NCBI GenBank assembly: GCA_963747235.1
Contig: CAVVEU010000008.1
Span: 256,001-320,000 of the forward strand
DNA length: 64,000 bases
Source: an uncultured Candidatus Rokubacteria bacterium
GTDB taxonomy: Bacteria > Methylomirabilota > Methylomirabilia > Rokubacteriales > CSP1-6
Direction: 5' to 3'
The translations under genes were made by a program, and so were the position numbers. The notes under the pieces are model-generated. The model made no database searches. It saw only the letters and a list, made by a program, of their open reading frames with translations, and was not told where the DNA came from. Below are positions 30,715-42,756 of this stretch, piece by piece (within the stretch, counting starts at the first letter, position 1; every line of letters starts with the position of its first letter).

Positions 30715-32520
30715 CTAGGCCTCGCGGTACCAGATGTGGAGCGTGCCAGAAGTCGGAGTCCCAGCCGCTCTGCTCGAGCGCGCAGCTTGTTGCTGATCGC
30801 GGCCACGCGCGGGCGCTAGCACCACGGGGATCACCACGACGTTCTGGATGACCAGGTCGTTCATCTTGATGAAGAGCGCCGCCCGCTTGACCGGGTCCAT
30901 CTCGGTCTCGGCGGCGCGGTAGAGCTTGTCGTACTCCTCGCTCTGCCAGCGCGTGATGTTGCGGCCCTGCCACTTGTTCTCCTTGGAGGCGATCTCCCAG
31001 GAGGTGAACTGGTTCATGAACAGCTCGGGATCCGGCATGGTCATGGTCGTCGTGTACATCTGGATGTCGGTGTAGAAGTGGGTGTAGGTGTCCGGGTTGG
31101 CCGGCGTCGGAGGAGAAGTAGACCGACGCGGTGACCGACTTGATCTCGACGTCGATGCCGGCCTTGGCCGCCGCCTGCTTGACGATGGCCTGGTTCTTCT
31201 GCCGCGGGGCGTTGATCGAGGTCTGGTAGACCATCTTGAGCTTCTTGCCGTCCTTGGCCCGGATGCCGTCGGCGCCCTTCTTCCAGCCCGCCGCCTCGAG
31301 GATCTGGTTGGCCTTGTCGACGTTGAACTCCCACCTGGTGTTCTTGGAGTTGAAGCGGTCCGGGCGCGTTGAGGAAGTTCGCGGTGGCGATGCCGGTGCG
31401 CCCGTAGATCTGCTCCTGGACCGAGGCGCGGTCGACGAGGAGATTCAGGGCCTGGCGGACCGCCGGGTCGGTCAGGAACGGATGCTTGGTCTTGACGCTC
31501 GAGCGCTCGCCGTCGACTTCCTTCCACGGGTCGGTGTTGTTGAGCTGGATGTGCTCGATGTTGCCGCCGGTCACGATGTCGGCCTTGCCCTTGCCGCCCT
31601 GCTCGAGGCGCTTGAGGATCTCGTCCTCGACCTGCATGTTCCAGGCGTAGTCGAACTCGCCGGTCTGGATCACCGCGCGGGCGGCCGAGACCGCGTCGCC
31701 GCCGCCCTTCATCTCGATGGTGTCGAAGAAGGGCCGGTTCGGCATGTGGTAGTTCGGGATTGAGCTCGCCCCGGACGATGTCGCCCGGCTTGAAGTCCAC
31801 GAACCGGTACGGGCCGGTGCCGACCGGCTTGAGGTTGTTCGGCGCCTCGCGGGACTTGGCGCCCTTGAAGGCCTCGAAGAGGTGCTTGGGGATGATCATG
31901 CCGCGCACGCCGCAGAAGGGATCGGCCCAGAAGGGCGTCGGCTTCTGGAAGACGACCCGGATCGTGTGGCTGTCGACCTTCGTCGATCTTGACGTCCTTG
32001 TAGGTGCCGATGCTCACCGAGGCGGTGGCCGGGATCGGCGGCGAACTCCCAGTTGAAGACCAGTCGTCGGCGGTGAAGGGCTTGCCGTCGTGCCAGGCTG
32101 ACGCCCTTCTTGAGCTTCCAGGTCACCGACTTGCCGTCCTTGGCGACGCCGCCGTTCTGGACGCTCGGGATCTCGGCGGCCAGCACTCGGGATCAGGTTG
32201 CCGTCCGGATCCTAGGAGGCCAGCGGCTCGTAGAAGATGCGCGAGCCGTCCTGGTCCTTGGTGCCGATGGCGAAGTGCGGGTTGAGCAGGGTCGGCGCCC
32301 TGCCACCAGAGCACCTTGAGCGCGCCGCCGCCGCCCGCGCTTGGTGGGCTTGAACATGACGCCTTGCGTCTGCGCCTGGGCGACTCCGGCCGAGGCCAGC
32401 ATCTGGCGCCGCCAGCGGGGCGGTCAGCCCGAGCGCGATCATGGTCTGGACGAACTCGCGGCGGCTCAGGATCCCGGCCTTGACTCGGCCGATCATGTCC
32501 CTCAGTTCACGCTCTTCCAT
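30715..32520 (-). CDS. Family 5 peptide ABC substrate-binding protein with Tat-like signal; multiple indels and TAG miscalls
   Basis: SRREF, LLNPHFA.GTKD, PVGTGPY, GADGIRAKDG. Confidence 0.85.
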
Positions 32521-32618
32521 CAGATGGTCCTCCTCTGGGTAGGTCGACGCCGACCGGTTGGATGGCTTCTTATAAGGCCTCGACCGACGAAACTGTCAAG
32601 TTCGCCGCACGGTTCCGG

Positions 32619-34421
32619 CTATGCCTGCTTGTACCAGTAGGGCAGCCGCCAGAAGGTCGAGTCCCAGCCGGTGAGGTCCATGCCCTGCAGCGCGTTGGCC
32701 GAGCCGGAGACCCCGTTGCGCCACAGCACCGGGATCACCACCACGTTCTGGATCACGATGTCGTTCATCTTGATGAAGAGCGCGGCCCGCTTGACCGGGT
32801 CGAGCTCGCTGTCCGCGGCCTTGTAGGTGCGGTCGTACTCGTCGTTGCGCCACCGGGTGATGTTGCGGCCCTGCCACTTGTTGGCCTTCTGGGAGCACCT
32901 CCCACGAGCAGAACTGGTTCATGAAGTACTGCGGGTCCGGCGCGGTCATGGTCGTGTTGTACATCTGGAGATCCGCGTAGAAGTGCGGGTAGGTGTCCGG
33001 GTTCGCCGGGTCCGACGAGAAGAAGACCGAGGCCACCACCGACTTGATCTCGATCTCGATGCCCGCCTTGGCCGCCGCCTGCTTGACGATGGCCTGGTTC
33101 TTCTGGCGCGGGGCGTTGATCGAGGTCTGGTAGAGGAACTTGAGCCGCTTGCCGTCCTTGGCGCGGATGCCGTCGGCGCCGCGCTTCCAGCCCGCCGCGT
33201 CGAGGACCTGGTTGGCCTTGTCCACGTTGAACTCCCAGCGCGTGTTCTTCGAGCGGAAGCGGGAGGGAGCGTTGAGGAAGTTGGCGCTGGTCTGCCCGCC
33301 GCGCCCGTAGATCTGCTCCTGCACCGCGGCCCGGTCCACGAGCAGGTTGAGGGCCTGGCGCACCGCCGGGTCCGAGAGGAGCGGGTGGGTGGTCTTGACG
33401 CTCGACCGCTCGCCGTCCACCTCGGTCCACGGGTCGGTGAAGTTGCACTGGATGTGCTCCGGGTTCCCGGTGGGCCAGATGTTGACGCGGCCCTTGCCGC
33501 CCTGCTCGATGCGGCGGAGGATGTCGTCCTCCACCTGCATGTTCCAGGCGTAGTCGTACTCGCCGGTCTGCAGCACCGCGCGCGCCGCGGACACCGCGTC
33601 GCCGCCGCCCTTCATCTCGAGCGCGTCGAAGAACGGGCGGTTCGGCACGTGGTAGGCCGGGTTCGCCTCGCCGCGCACGATGTCGCCCGGCTTGAAGTCC
33701 ACGAACCGGTAGGCGCCGGTGCCGACCGGCTTGAGGTTGGCGGGCGCCTCGCGGCTCTTCGCGCCCCGGAACGGATCGAACACGTGCTTGGGGATGATCA
33801 TGCCGCGGGTGCCGCAGAAGGCGTCGGCCCAGAAGGGCTGGGGCTTGGTGAAGATGAGCTTGACGGTGTGGCTGTCGAGCTTCTCGATCTTCGCTGATCT
33901 CGCGGTAGGAGCCGCTGCGTCACCGCGGCGGTGGCCGGGTCGGAGACGAACTCGTAGGTGAAGACACGTCGTCGGCGGTGACGGGCTTGCCGTCGTGCCA
34001 GGTCACGCCCCCTTGAGGCGCCAGGTGACCCACGTGAGATCGCGGGCGAGCGCCGCCGTTCTGCACGCTCGGCACCTCGGCGGCCAGGATCGGGCACAGG
34101 TTGCCGTCGGGATCGAAGCCGGCCAGGGGCTCGTAGAAGATGCGCGAGGCGTCCTGGTCCTTGGTGCCGGTGGCGAAGTGCGGGTTGAGCAGCGTCGGGC
34201 GCCTGCCACCAGAGCGTCTTGAGCAGCGCCGCCGCCGCCGCGCCTGGTCGGCGTGAAGGCGGGCGCCTTGGGCTGGGCCTGGGCGACGCCGGCCGAGGCC
34301 AGCATCTGGGCGGCCAGCGGCGCGGTGAGGCCGAGCCCGATCATCGTCTGCACGAAGGTGCGGCGGCTCAGGCGGCCCGCCTTCACGTCGGAGATCATTT
34401 CGCGCAGCCGTGCTCGTCCAT
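32619..34421 (-). CDS. Family 5 peptide ABC substrate-binding protein (tandem paralogue), frameshifted
   Basis: SRRTF; long blocks nearly identical to 30715..32520 (e.g. YQTSINAPRQKNQAIVKQAAAKAGI). Confidence 0.85.
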
Positions 34422-34433
34422 GGGGGATCCTCG

Positions 34434-35481
34434 TCAGGGGTTGGAGGGCTTCGGGGTGAGCATGCGGACGGCCACGTCGATGGCCTCGAGCATGCTCTCG
34501 GGATTGGCGATGCCCTTCCAGGCGCGGTCGAACGCGGTGCCGTGGTCCACCGACACGCGCAGGAACGGGAGGCCGACCGTGACGTTGACGCCGGAGAGGC
34601 CGGTCCAGGTGCCGCTCTTCTCGTCGTAGTTGAAGCCGAGCGTCTTGACCGGCACGTGGCCCTGGTCGTGGTACATCGCGATCACGATGTCGAACTCGCC
34701 GCCGCGCGCGCGCGAGAACAGCGTGTCGGCGGGCAGCGGGCCGTACACGTCGAGCCCCTCGCGCCGCGCGTCCTCCACCGCCGGGATGATCTGGGTCTTC
34801 TCCTCGTCGCCGAAGAGGCCGTCCTCGCCCGCGTGCGGGTTGAGCCCGCACACCGCGATGCGCGCCCGCGGCCGGCCGAGGCCGGTCATGGTCTGCTGCG
34901 CCAGGCGGATGACGCGGCCGCACCCGCTCGCGCGTCACCAGGTCCGGCACGCGGCGGAGGGCCACGTGGGTGGTCACGTGGATGACCTTGAGCTCCTTGC
35001 CCATCAGGAGCATCGCGAAGTCCTTCGTGTCGGTGAGCCGCGCCAGGATCTCGGTGTGCCCCGAATGCTGGACGCCCGCGGCGGCGAGCGCCTCCTTGTT
35101 GACGGGCGCGGTCACGATGCCGTCGATCGCGCCGGCCTGGCAGAGCCGCACGCCGGTCTCGATGTAGGCGTAGGCGGCGCGCCCCGCCTCGGCGCTCACG
35201 GTGGACTTGGGCAGCGTGGCGCAGTCCACGTTTCCGAGATCGAAGCACTCGAGCCGGCCCGGCTCGAACGTGCACTCCGCCACCGACTTCACCGGGTGCA
35301 GGGTGAGCGGGGAGCGCAGGAGCGCGAGCGTGGCGGCCATCACCGACCGGTCGCCGATGACCACCGGGCGACAGGCGGCGGTGACCTCGGGATGCGTCAG
35401 GGCCTTGGCGATGATCTCGGGCCCGACGCCGGCGGGGTCGCCCATGGTGATGCCGAGCACGGGAACGCGAGCGGTGGTCAC
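34434..35481 (-). CDS. pdxA: PdxA-family dehydrogenase (probably PdxA2/D-threonate-4-phosphate dehydrogenase), frameshift near 34920
   Basis: ITMGDPAGVGPE, GHTE, NPHAGE, AMYHDQG, RVSVDHGTAFD; adjacent to a DUF1537 kinase. Confidence 0.88.
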
Positions 35482-36690
35482 GGGGTTTCTCCCAGGATCG
35501 TGGCGAGGAGATCGGCGGCCCCGAACCCGCCCGCCTTGGTGAGCAGCGCGAGGGAGCGGCCGTCGTCGCGCCCGTTGTTCTCGAGGACGAGTCGGCCGAG
35601 GGCCAGCCCGTCGGCCGGGGCGCCGGTGAGATCGAATCGTCGCGGGTGGAGCGCGCGGATCAGCGCGTAGGCGGTGTCGCCGCCGGTGACCGCCACGAGG
35701 TCGGGCGTGACGCGCTCCAGGATGCGCGCGGCCGCGGCGGCCAGGTGGCGGGCCACCGCCTCGCGGTCCGCCGGCGCGGTCGCGCTGGCCACGAGCGCGC
35801 CGCGTCCGGCCGCGAGCGCGGCCACCGCGGGCGCGGGATCGCCGTGGCCCCGCGCGTCGGCGGTGACGAGCGGGACGCCCGCGGCCAGCAGGGCGTCGAT
35901 CTGGGCGCGGCTCGCGGGGTGGAGGCTGCCGACGATCACGAGGCGCGCGCGGCCCGGCGGCAGCGCGACCGCGGGCGCCTCGCAGCCGAGCGCGCGGCTC
36001 AGCGCGCGCCCCAGGCCGGCCGAGCCCGCGATCAGGGTGCCGGGCGCCGCGAGGGCGGCCGCCGCGAGGGTCGCCAGGTCGTCGTCGGTCTCCGCGTCGG
36101 CGGCCACGAGGGCGCCGCGGTGGCGCTCGAGCAGGTGCGCGACCTTCTCCGCGCCGGCGCGGACGTCGTCGAGCCCGAGCGTGACCACCGGCGCGCCGCC
36201 CGCGAGCAGGGCGGCCACGTCGGAGGTGGCGGCGCGAAACGCGGGGTCGCGGGCGATCGGGGATTCGTGAACGGGAACGAAGTCGACCAGGAGACGGCCA
36301 TGACGGACGATGCGGCGTTGAGCCGGAAAGGCGGGGCACACGAGCGCGCCGGTGAAGGGCGGGCCGTGCTCGAGCAGCGCGGTCAGCTCGACGCCGGCGG
36401 CCCCGCGCAGCGTGGAGTCGATCTTCTTGAACACGCGCCCCGCGGCGAGCCGCTCGCCCAGGGGTCGCGCGGCGGCATGGATCGCGGCGGCGGCCTCCCG
36501 GGCCGGCAGGGCGCGGCTCTCGGTGTCTATCGTGAGCACGGGCGTGAGCGACGGAGGAGTCGGCGGCGGTGAGGGCGGGCGCCGCGAGCACGCCGACCGG
36601 GCCCGCGCCCGCGAAGAGGCAGCCCGTATCGCAGGCGCCGGTCAGGTCATCGGCGATGATCGTGACCACCTGGGATGCCGTTGCCGCCAT
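35478..36690 (-). CDS. Four-carbon acid sugar kinase (DUF1537/DtnK family), frameshift near 36545
   Basis: IADDLTGACD, TESR, KKIDSTLRG, PAFP, TGGDTA, TKAGGFG. Confidence 0.9.
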
Positions 36691-36776
36691 GAGTGGCTAA
36701 CCGTATCACAGAACGGCCCGTTCACGGACCGGCCCCGGCGCGGGGAGGCCGCGGCCCCGCGGTGTATACTCTGCGC

Positions 36777-37307
36777 GTGAAAACCCGCGTCGTCGTGGCA
36801 CTCCTCGCCCTTGCCGCGATCCTGGCGCCGGGCTGGGCCGCGGGAGAAGATCCGGTGGCGGCCCTCTCGCTGATCCGCCCCAAGCCGGCCAAGGACGCGC
36901 CCGACTTCGAGGTCCGCACCCCCGACGATCGCGTCATCCGCCTCGCCGATCTCAAGGGCAAGGTGGTGTTCCTGAACTTCTGGGCCACCTGGTGCGACCC
37001 GTGCCGGGAGGAGATGCCGAGCATGGAGCGCCTGCACCTGGCCTACAAGGACCGCGGGCTCGTGGTGCTGGCGGTCTCCCTCGACTCGCAGGGGGCGAGC
37101 GTGGTGAGCCCGTTCGTCAAGAAGCTCGGGCTCACGTTCCCGATCGGCCTCGATCCCAAGATGGCGGTGCGCGAGCGCTACGGGGTCTGGGCGGTGCCGT
37201 CCACCTTCCTGATCGACCGCAAGGGCAAGCGCGTGCTCTTCGCGAACGGCGCGCGCGAGTGGGACGGCAAGGCCTCCCACGCGGTCATCGAGTCGCTGCT
37301 CCGGTGA
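36777..37307 (+). CDS. TlpA/ResA-like thiol-disulfide oxidoreductase
   Basis: LNFWATWCDPCREEMP; signal/TM segment; TATACT 6 nt before the GTG. Confidence 0.92.
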   Translation: MKTRVVVALLALAAILAPGWAAGEDPVAALSLIRPKPAKDAPDFEVRTPDDRVIRLADLKGKVVFLNFWATWCDPCREEMPSMERLHLAYKDRGLVVLAVSLDSQGASVVSPFVKKLGLTFPIGLDPKMAVRERYGVWAVPSTFLIDRKGKRVLFANGAREWDGKASHAVIESLLR

Positions 37308-38041
37308 GCGAATCCCTCGGGGTCTTTGTCGCGTTCTCGGCCGGGCTCTTCTCCTTCCTGTCCCCGTGCGTGCTGCCGCTCTTCCCGTCGTATCTGTCGT
37401 TCATCACCGGCATGTCGGTGGACCGGCTCACCAACGAGGTGACCGCGGGCGCCCGCACCCGCGTGCTCGTGCACTCGCTCGCCTTCATCCTGGGCTTCAG
37501 CGTGGTCTTCGTGAGCCTGGGCGCCTCGTTCAGCGCGGCGGGCCAGTTCCTGCTCGACTACCGCGAGTGGATCCGCATCGCGGGCGGCGTGCTCATCATC
37601 GTGTTCGGGCTCTACATCGCGGGCGTGCTGCGCATCGGGATCTTCGGTCGCACCCAGCAGCTCCAGATCCAGAGCAAGCCGGCCGGGCTGCTCGGCTCCT
37701 TCCTGGTGGGCCTGACGTTCGCGATCGGCTGGACGCCCTGCGTGGGCCCGATCCTGGGCTCGATCCTGACCCTGGCCAGCAATGACCGGACGGTCGGCCA
37801 GGGGGTGACGCTCCTGCTCTTCTACTCGGCCGGGCTCGGGCTGCCGTTCCTGCTCTCCTCGGTGGCCCTCGGCAGCTTCCTCCGCTTCTTCAAGCGCTAC
37901 CGGCCGTTCATCCCGACCGTGGAGCGCGCGGCGGGAGTCCTGCTGGTGCTGGTGGGCATCCTGGTCGCGACGAACTACTACGTGCTGCTGAACTCCTGGG
38001 CCATCAGCCTGACGCCGGAATGGCTGCTCAAGCGTCTCTAA
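37304..38041 (+). CDS. ccdA: Cytochrome c biogenesis protein CcdA
   Basis: SFLSPCVLP..PSY, GWTPCVGPILG. Confidence 0.92.
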   Translation: MSESLGVFVAFSAGLFSFLSPCVLPLFPSYLSFITGMSVDRLTNEVTAGARTRVLVHSLAFILGFSVVFVSLGASFSAAGQFLLDYREWIRIAGGVLIIVFGLYIAGVLRIGIFGRTQQLQIQSKPAGLLGSFLVGLTFAIGWTPCVGPILGSILTLASNDRTVGQGVTLLLFYSAGLGLPFLLSSVALGSFLRFFKRYRPFIPTVERAAGVLLVLVGILVATNYYVLLNSWAISLTPEWLLKRL

Positions 38042-38059
38042 CCCGGAAGGAGGCCACGC

Positions 38060-38329
38060 ATGGTGCTCCATCGGATCGGACCCCTGTCCGCCGCGAAGGT
38101 GGTCGCGGTGCTCTACGCGATCTTCGGGCTCATCATGGGGGCGTTCCTCTCGGTCGCCGCGCTCTTCCGCGCTGACGGCGGCGGCATCGCCCCGCTGTGG
38201 GGCGTCGCGGCGGTGGTGTTCTTCCCGGTGCTCTACGGGGTGGGCGGCTTCATCGTGACGCTCATCACCGCCTGGCTCTACAACGTGGTGGCGGGGGCGG
38301 TGGGCGGGGTCGAGCTCGACCTGAGCTGA
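38060..38329 (+). CDS. Small membrane protein (DUF3566-like)
   Basis: Two TM segments; IGPLSAAKV, WLYNVVA..VGGVEL; AGGAGG RBS. Confidence 0.7.
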   Translation: MVLHRIGPLSAAKVVAVLYAIFGLIMGAFLSVAALFRADGGGIAPLWGVAAVVFFPVLYGVGGFIVTLITAWLYNVVAGAVGGVELDLS

Positions 38330-39006
38330 CCGCGGATCCAGCGGGCGATCTCGTCCTGCACCCGCGCGAAGACCTCCTCCTGCGTGATCGGGCCGCGCTT
38401 CGGGACCTTGAACGAGTGATCGCCGCCCTCGACCACGTGGAGCGTCGCCGCCGCGCCGAGGGGGGCCAGCGCGGGCCGCAGCTCCTCGGGCGTGCCGAAG
38501 GCATCGCGCGCGCCCTGCACGATCAGCAGCGGCTGGCGGATCCGCGCCAGATGCTCGGCGCGAAGCTGCTCCGGCCGGCCGGGCGGGTGCAGGGGATAGC
38601 CCAGCGCCACGAGCCCCGCCAGATCCGCGACGCCCTGGGCCGCCAGATGCGAGGCCATGCGGCCGCCCATGGACTTGCCGCCGATCACGAGCGGGGCGGC
38701 GGCGAGGTCGGGCCGGGTGCGGATGGCGGCGATGACGTCGCGGAAGCAGGCCTCGAGCGTGGGGGCGCGATCGGGCAGGCGCCGGCCCTGCTCGGTGTAG
38801 GGGAAATTGAACGTCACGGCGTGGCAGCCGCGCCGGGCCAGGCCCTCCGCGAAGGCCACCATGAAGGCGCTCGACTGCGGCGCGCCCGCGCCGTGAGCCA
38901 GGATCAGGGTGGCGAGGGCTCGCGCCGGCTCGGGCGGCGGATACACGAGCGCCGTCACGGTGCCCGACGCGACGGTGACGCGGACCGACTCGGGCAGGAC
39001 CGGCAC
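38278..39006 (-). CDS. Alpha/beta hydrolase (KANL3/Tex30-like)
   Basis: [40 protein letters not shown]. Confidence 0.88.
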   Translation of the reverse strand: MPVLPESVRVTVASGTVTALVYPPPEPARALATLILAHGAGAPQSSAFMVAFAEGLARRGCHAVTFNFPYTEQGRRLPDRAPTLEACFRDVIAAIRTRPDLAAAPLVIGGKSMGGRMASHLAAQGVADLAGLVALGYPLHPPGRPEQLRAEHLARIRQPLLIVQGARDAFGTPEELRPALAPLGAAATLHVVEGGDHSFKVPKRGPITQEEVFARVQDEIARWIRGQLRSSSTPPTAPATTL

Positions 39007-39013
39007 GTCCGCC

Positions 39014-40415
39014 TCAGGCGCCGAGGAGGTGCTCGGCGGCCTCCATCAAGCCTTCCGACAGCGTGGGGTGCGCGTGGATGGTCGCCGCCACGTCCTCGAC
39101 CAGCGGCGGCGGTCTCCACGGCCAGCGTCGCCTCGGCGATCAACTCGCCGGCGCCGGGCCCCACGATGCCGACGCCGAGGACGCGCCCGGACGCGGCGTC
39201 GGCGACCAGCTTGGTGAGCCCGTCCGACCGGCCGAGCGTCGCCGCGCGTCCGGAGGCCGCCCACTGGAATTTCGCGACCTTGACCGTCAGCCCCTGATCC
39301 TTGGCCTGAGCCTCGGCTCAGCCCGCACCAGGCGATCTCCGGATCGGTGAAGACGACGGCCGGGATCGCCACGTTGTCGAACGCGGCCGGCCGCCCGGCC
39401 AGCACCTCCGCGGCGACCTTGCCCTGGCGCATCGCCCGGTGCGCGAGCATCGGCTCGCCGGTGACGTCCCCGACCGCGTAGATGCGCGGGTCCTCGGTGC
39501 GGCAGCGCTCGTCCACCTGGATGAAGCGGCCGCGCTCGGTCAGGCGGACCCGGGTGGTCTCGAGGCCGAGGCCGTCGCTCTGGGCGCGCCGGCCCACCGC
39601 CACCAGCACCCGGTCGAAGCGCTCGGTGCCCCGGCCTTCGAGATCGGCCTCGATCTCGCGCGCCGATCTCGCGCAGGCGCGGTCACCCTGGTCTCGAGGT
39701 GGATCGCGGCGAAGAGCTGCGTCGCACGCGGCGCTGGAGCGGCTGGACCAGGTCGCGGTCCACGCCGGGCAGCAGGCCGTCGGTCATCTCGACCAGGGTC
39801 ACGCGGCTGCCGAGCGTCGCGTAGACCGTGCCCAGCTCGAGGCCGATGTACCCGCCGCCGATCACGAGCAGCCGCTCGGGGATGTCGGGCAGGTCGAGCG
39901 CGGCGGTCGAGTCCATGATCCGCTCGCTCTCGAGCGTGAGGCCGGGCAGGCCGCTCGGGCGCGAGCCGGTGGCCACGATGGCGTGCTTGAAGCGCACCTT
40001 CCGGAGCGTCTCGCCGACCTCGATGCGCAGCGTGCTCGAGTCCTCGAAGACGCCGCGCCCGCCGATGACCTCGACGCCCTTGGCCTTCGCCACCGCGGCG
40101 AGGCCGCGCGCCAGCTTGCCCACCACCCGCTCCTGCTTCCACTTGCGCAGGGGATCGAGCGAGATGCGCGGCTCGCCGAAGTCCACGCCGAACTCCTTGG
40201 CGCGCTCGGCCTCGCTGAGGACCGCGGCCACGTGCAGCAGCGCCTTGCTGGGGATGCAGCCCTCGAAGAGGCAGGCCCCGCCCAGGCGCTGGCGCCGCGT
40301 CGATCACCACGGTCTCGAGGCCGAGCTCGGCGCAGCGGAAGGCGGCGGAGTAGCCGCCCGGCCCGCCGCCCAGCACGGCCACCTCCACCTCGTCCACGAG
40401 ATCGCCCATGACCAT
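39014..40415 (-). CDS. lpdA: Dihydrolipoyl dehydrogenase (E3), frameshifted
   Basis: [45 protein letters not shown]. Confidence 0.9.
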
Positions 40416-40417
40416 CG

Positions 40418-41767
40418 CTCACCATCTCCCAGAGGAGCCGCTCGGGCGCCTCGAGTAGCTGCACGATCTCGGTCGCGAAGCGGGCGCCGTCGGCGCCGTC
40501 GGCGACGCGATGGTCGAAGGTCAGCGTGAGCGGCAGCATGAGGCGCGGCACGATCTGGCCCTGCCGCACCACCGCCTCCTGGCGGCCGCGCGCCACGCCG
40601 AGGATGGCGACCTCGGGGTAGTTGATGATGGGGATCGCGGCGGTGCCGCCGAGGGCGCCGATATTGGTGATGGTGAAGGTGCCGCCGCGCAGGTCGTCGA
40701 GCGTGGCCTTGCCGTCGCGGACGCGCTGGGCCAGGGCGGCCAGCTCCCGCGCGATCTCCAGCACCGGCTTGCGATCGAGCTCGCGGAGCACCGGCACGAT
40801 GAGGCCGCGCTCGGTCGCCACCGCCACCCCGAGGTGGTAGTAGCGCTTGAGGACCAGCTCGCCCGCGCCGGGGTCGAGGCTCGCGTTGAACGTGGGATGG
40901 CGCACGCAGGGCGAGGGCCGCCGCCTTCAGCAGGAACGCGGTCAGGGTGAGCGTCACGCCCTGGGCGCGGGCCGGCTCGAGGTTCCGGGTGATGATCGCG
41001 TCCAGGTCCGTGATGTCGGCGCGGTCGAAGTGGGTGACGTGGGGAATCAGGGTGGCCGAGAGCGTCATGCGCTCGGCGATGGTGCGGCGCAGGTGCGAGA
41101 GCGGCGCGCGCTCCACCGGGCCCCACTGCTCGAAGCGCGGCAGCGGCGGGGCCTCGAGGCCCACGCCGGCCAGCGGCTTGGCGGGACCCGTCGGGGCTGC
41201 GGGCCGGGCGGTGGCCGTCGCCGGCGCCGCGGCGACCGGTGGCCCCGCCGCCGCGGCGCGCACGTCGTCGTCGAGGACGCGGCCGCCCGGGCCGGTGCCG
41301 CGCACGGCCTTGAGATCCACGCCCAGCTCGCGCGCCAGGCGGCGCGTGGAGGGCGTCGCGGCCACCGGGCCTTCCGTGCGCGGGGCGGGAGCGGCGGCGA
41401 TCGGGGTGGGAGCGGGCGGGGCCGCGGCGGGCGTCCGCGCGGGCACCCCGGTCGCGGGCGCCTTGGCCGCGGGGGCAGTCGCCGCGGGGCGCTCCGGCTG
41501 GGCGCCGGCGCGGCGGCCGGCTCCGCGGCCGCATCGGCGAACGTGACGAGCGGCGCGCCGACCTTGACGGTCTGGCCGGGCACCACGTGGATCTTGTCCA
41601 CGCGCCCCCCCATGGGCGAGGGGATCTCGACCTGCGCCTTGTCGGTCTCGACCTCGAGGAGGGGCGCGTCTTCCCGGATCACGTCGCCCTCGCGCACGAG
41701 GACCGCGACGATCTCGGCCTCGGTCAAGCCTTCTCCAAGGTCTGGGAGGCTAAATGTTCGTCGGCAT
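40418..41767 (-). CDS. Dihydrolipoamide acyltransferase (E2), frameshifted; ends approximate
   Basis: LPDLGEGLTEAEI, VETDKA lipoyl site, ATPSTRRLARELGVDL, FDHRVADG. Confidence 0.88.
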
Positions 41768-41775
41768 CAGCGGCA

Positions 41776-42756
41776 TTAGAACGCCAGCGTCTCGCGGCAG
41801 GCGTCGACGACCCGGGTCACGTCGGGCAGGTTCGCCCGCTCGCGGGCGAAGCCCACGAAGGGGACGTCGTGGGCGGTCACCCGACGGATCGGCGCCTCGA
41901 GCGACAGGAAGGCGCCCTCCATGATGCTGGCCGCGATCTCGGCGCCGGGGCCGAAGCTCTTCGGCGCCTCGTGGACCACGACCGCGCGGCCGGTCTTCCG
42001 CACCGAGGCGGTCAGCGTCTCGCGATCGAGCGGCGAGATCGTGAGCAGGTCCACGATCTCGATCTCCGCGCCGTCCTCTTCGTGGAGCCGGTCGGCCGCC
42101 TCCCGGGCGACGCGGACCATGGCGCCATAGGCGACCAGCGTGAGGTCCTTGCCGGCTCGGTCCACGTGGGCCCGGCCGATCTCCATGGTCTCGATCTCGT
42201 CCGGCACGTCTTCCTTGGCCGCGTGGTAGAGCGCCTTGGCCTCGAAGAAGATCACCGGGTCGGGATCGCGGATCGCGGCGGCCAGCAGGGCCCGGGCATT
42301 GCGCGGGCCCGACGGGATCACCATCTTGAGCCCCGGGATGTGGGCGTAGAACTGCTCCTCGCTCTCCGAGTGGTGCTCGAGCGCCCGCACCCCGCCGCCG
42401 AAGGGCATGCGCACCACCATCTGGCAGCCGAACCGCCCCTGGGTGCGCATGCGGTACCGCGCGACGTGATTCTCGATCTGATGGAAGCACTGGAAGGCGA
42501 AGCCGGAGAACTGGATCTCGCAGATCGGCTTGAGCCCGTAGAGCGCCATGCCCACCGACGCGCCGATGATGCCGGCTTCCGCGAGCGGGCTGTCCATCAC
42601 CCGCGTGCCGCCGAACTTGCGGTGGAGATCCTCGGTGACGCGGAAGACGCCGCCGTCCACCCCGACGTCCTCGCCGATCACGAGCACGTCCGGATCGCGC
42701 TCCATCTCCTGGAGCAGCGCCAGGTTCAGCGCCTTCACCATGTTCAGCTTGGCCAC
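41776..42756 (-). CDS. pdhB: 2-oxoacid dehydrogenase E1 beta subunit
   Basis: GEDVGVDGGVFRVT, EIQF, EHHSES, KTGRAVVVHEA. Confidence 0.9.
   Translation of the reverse strand: MAKLNMVKALNLALLQEMERDPDVLVIGEDVGVDGGVFRVTEDLHRKFGGTRVMDSPLAEAGIIGASVGMALYGLKPICEIQFSGFAFQCFHQIENHVARYRMRTQGRFGCQMVVRMPFGGGVRALEHHSESEEQFYAHIPGLKMVIPSGPRNARALLAAAIRDPDPVIFFEAKALYHAAKEDVPDEIETMEIGRAHVDRAGKDLTLVAYGAMVRVAREAADRLHEEDGAEIEIVDLLTISPLDRETLTASVRKTGRAVVVHEAPKSFGPGAEIAASIMEGAFLSLEAPIRRVTAHDVPFVGFARERANLPDVTRVVDACRETLAF

Noticed and set aside
30715-34421. Long near-repeats suggesting a mobile duplication or misassembly
   Set aside because: These are two SBP paralogues with many synonymous and amino-acid differences.
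36777-38041. TlpA or CcdA as further selenoproteins
   Set aside because: The active-site residues are encoded as Cys (CDPC, SPC, TPC) with no in-frame TGA.
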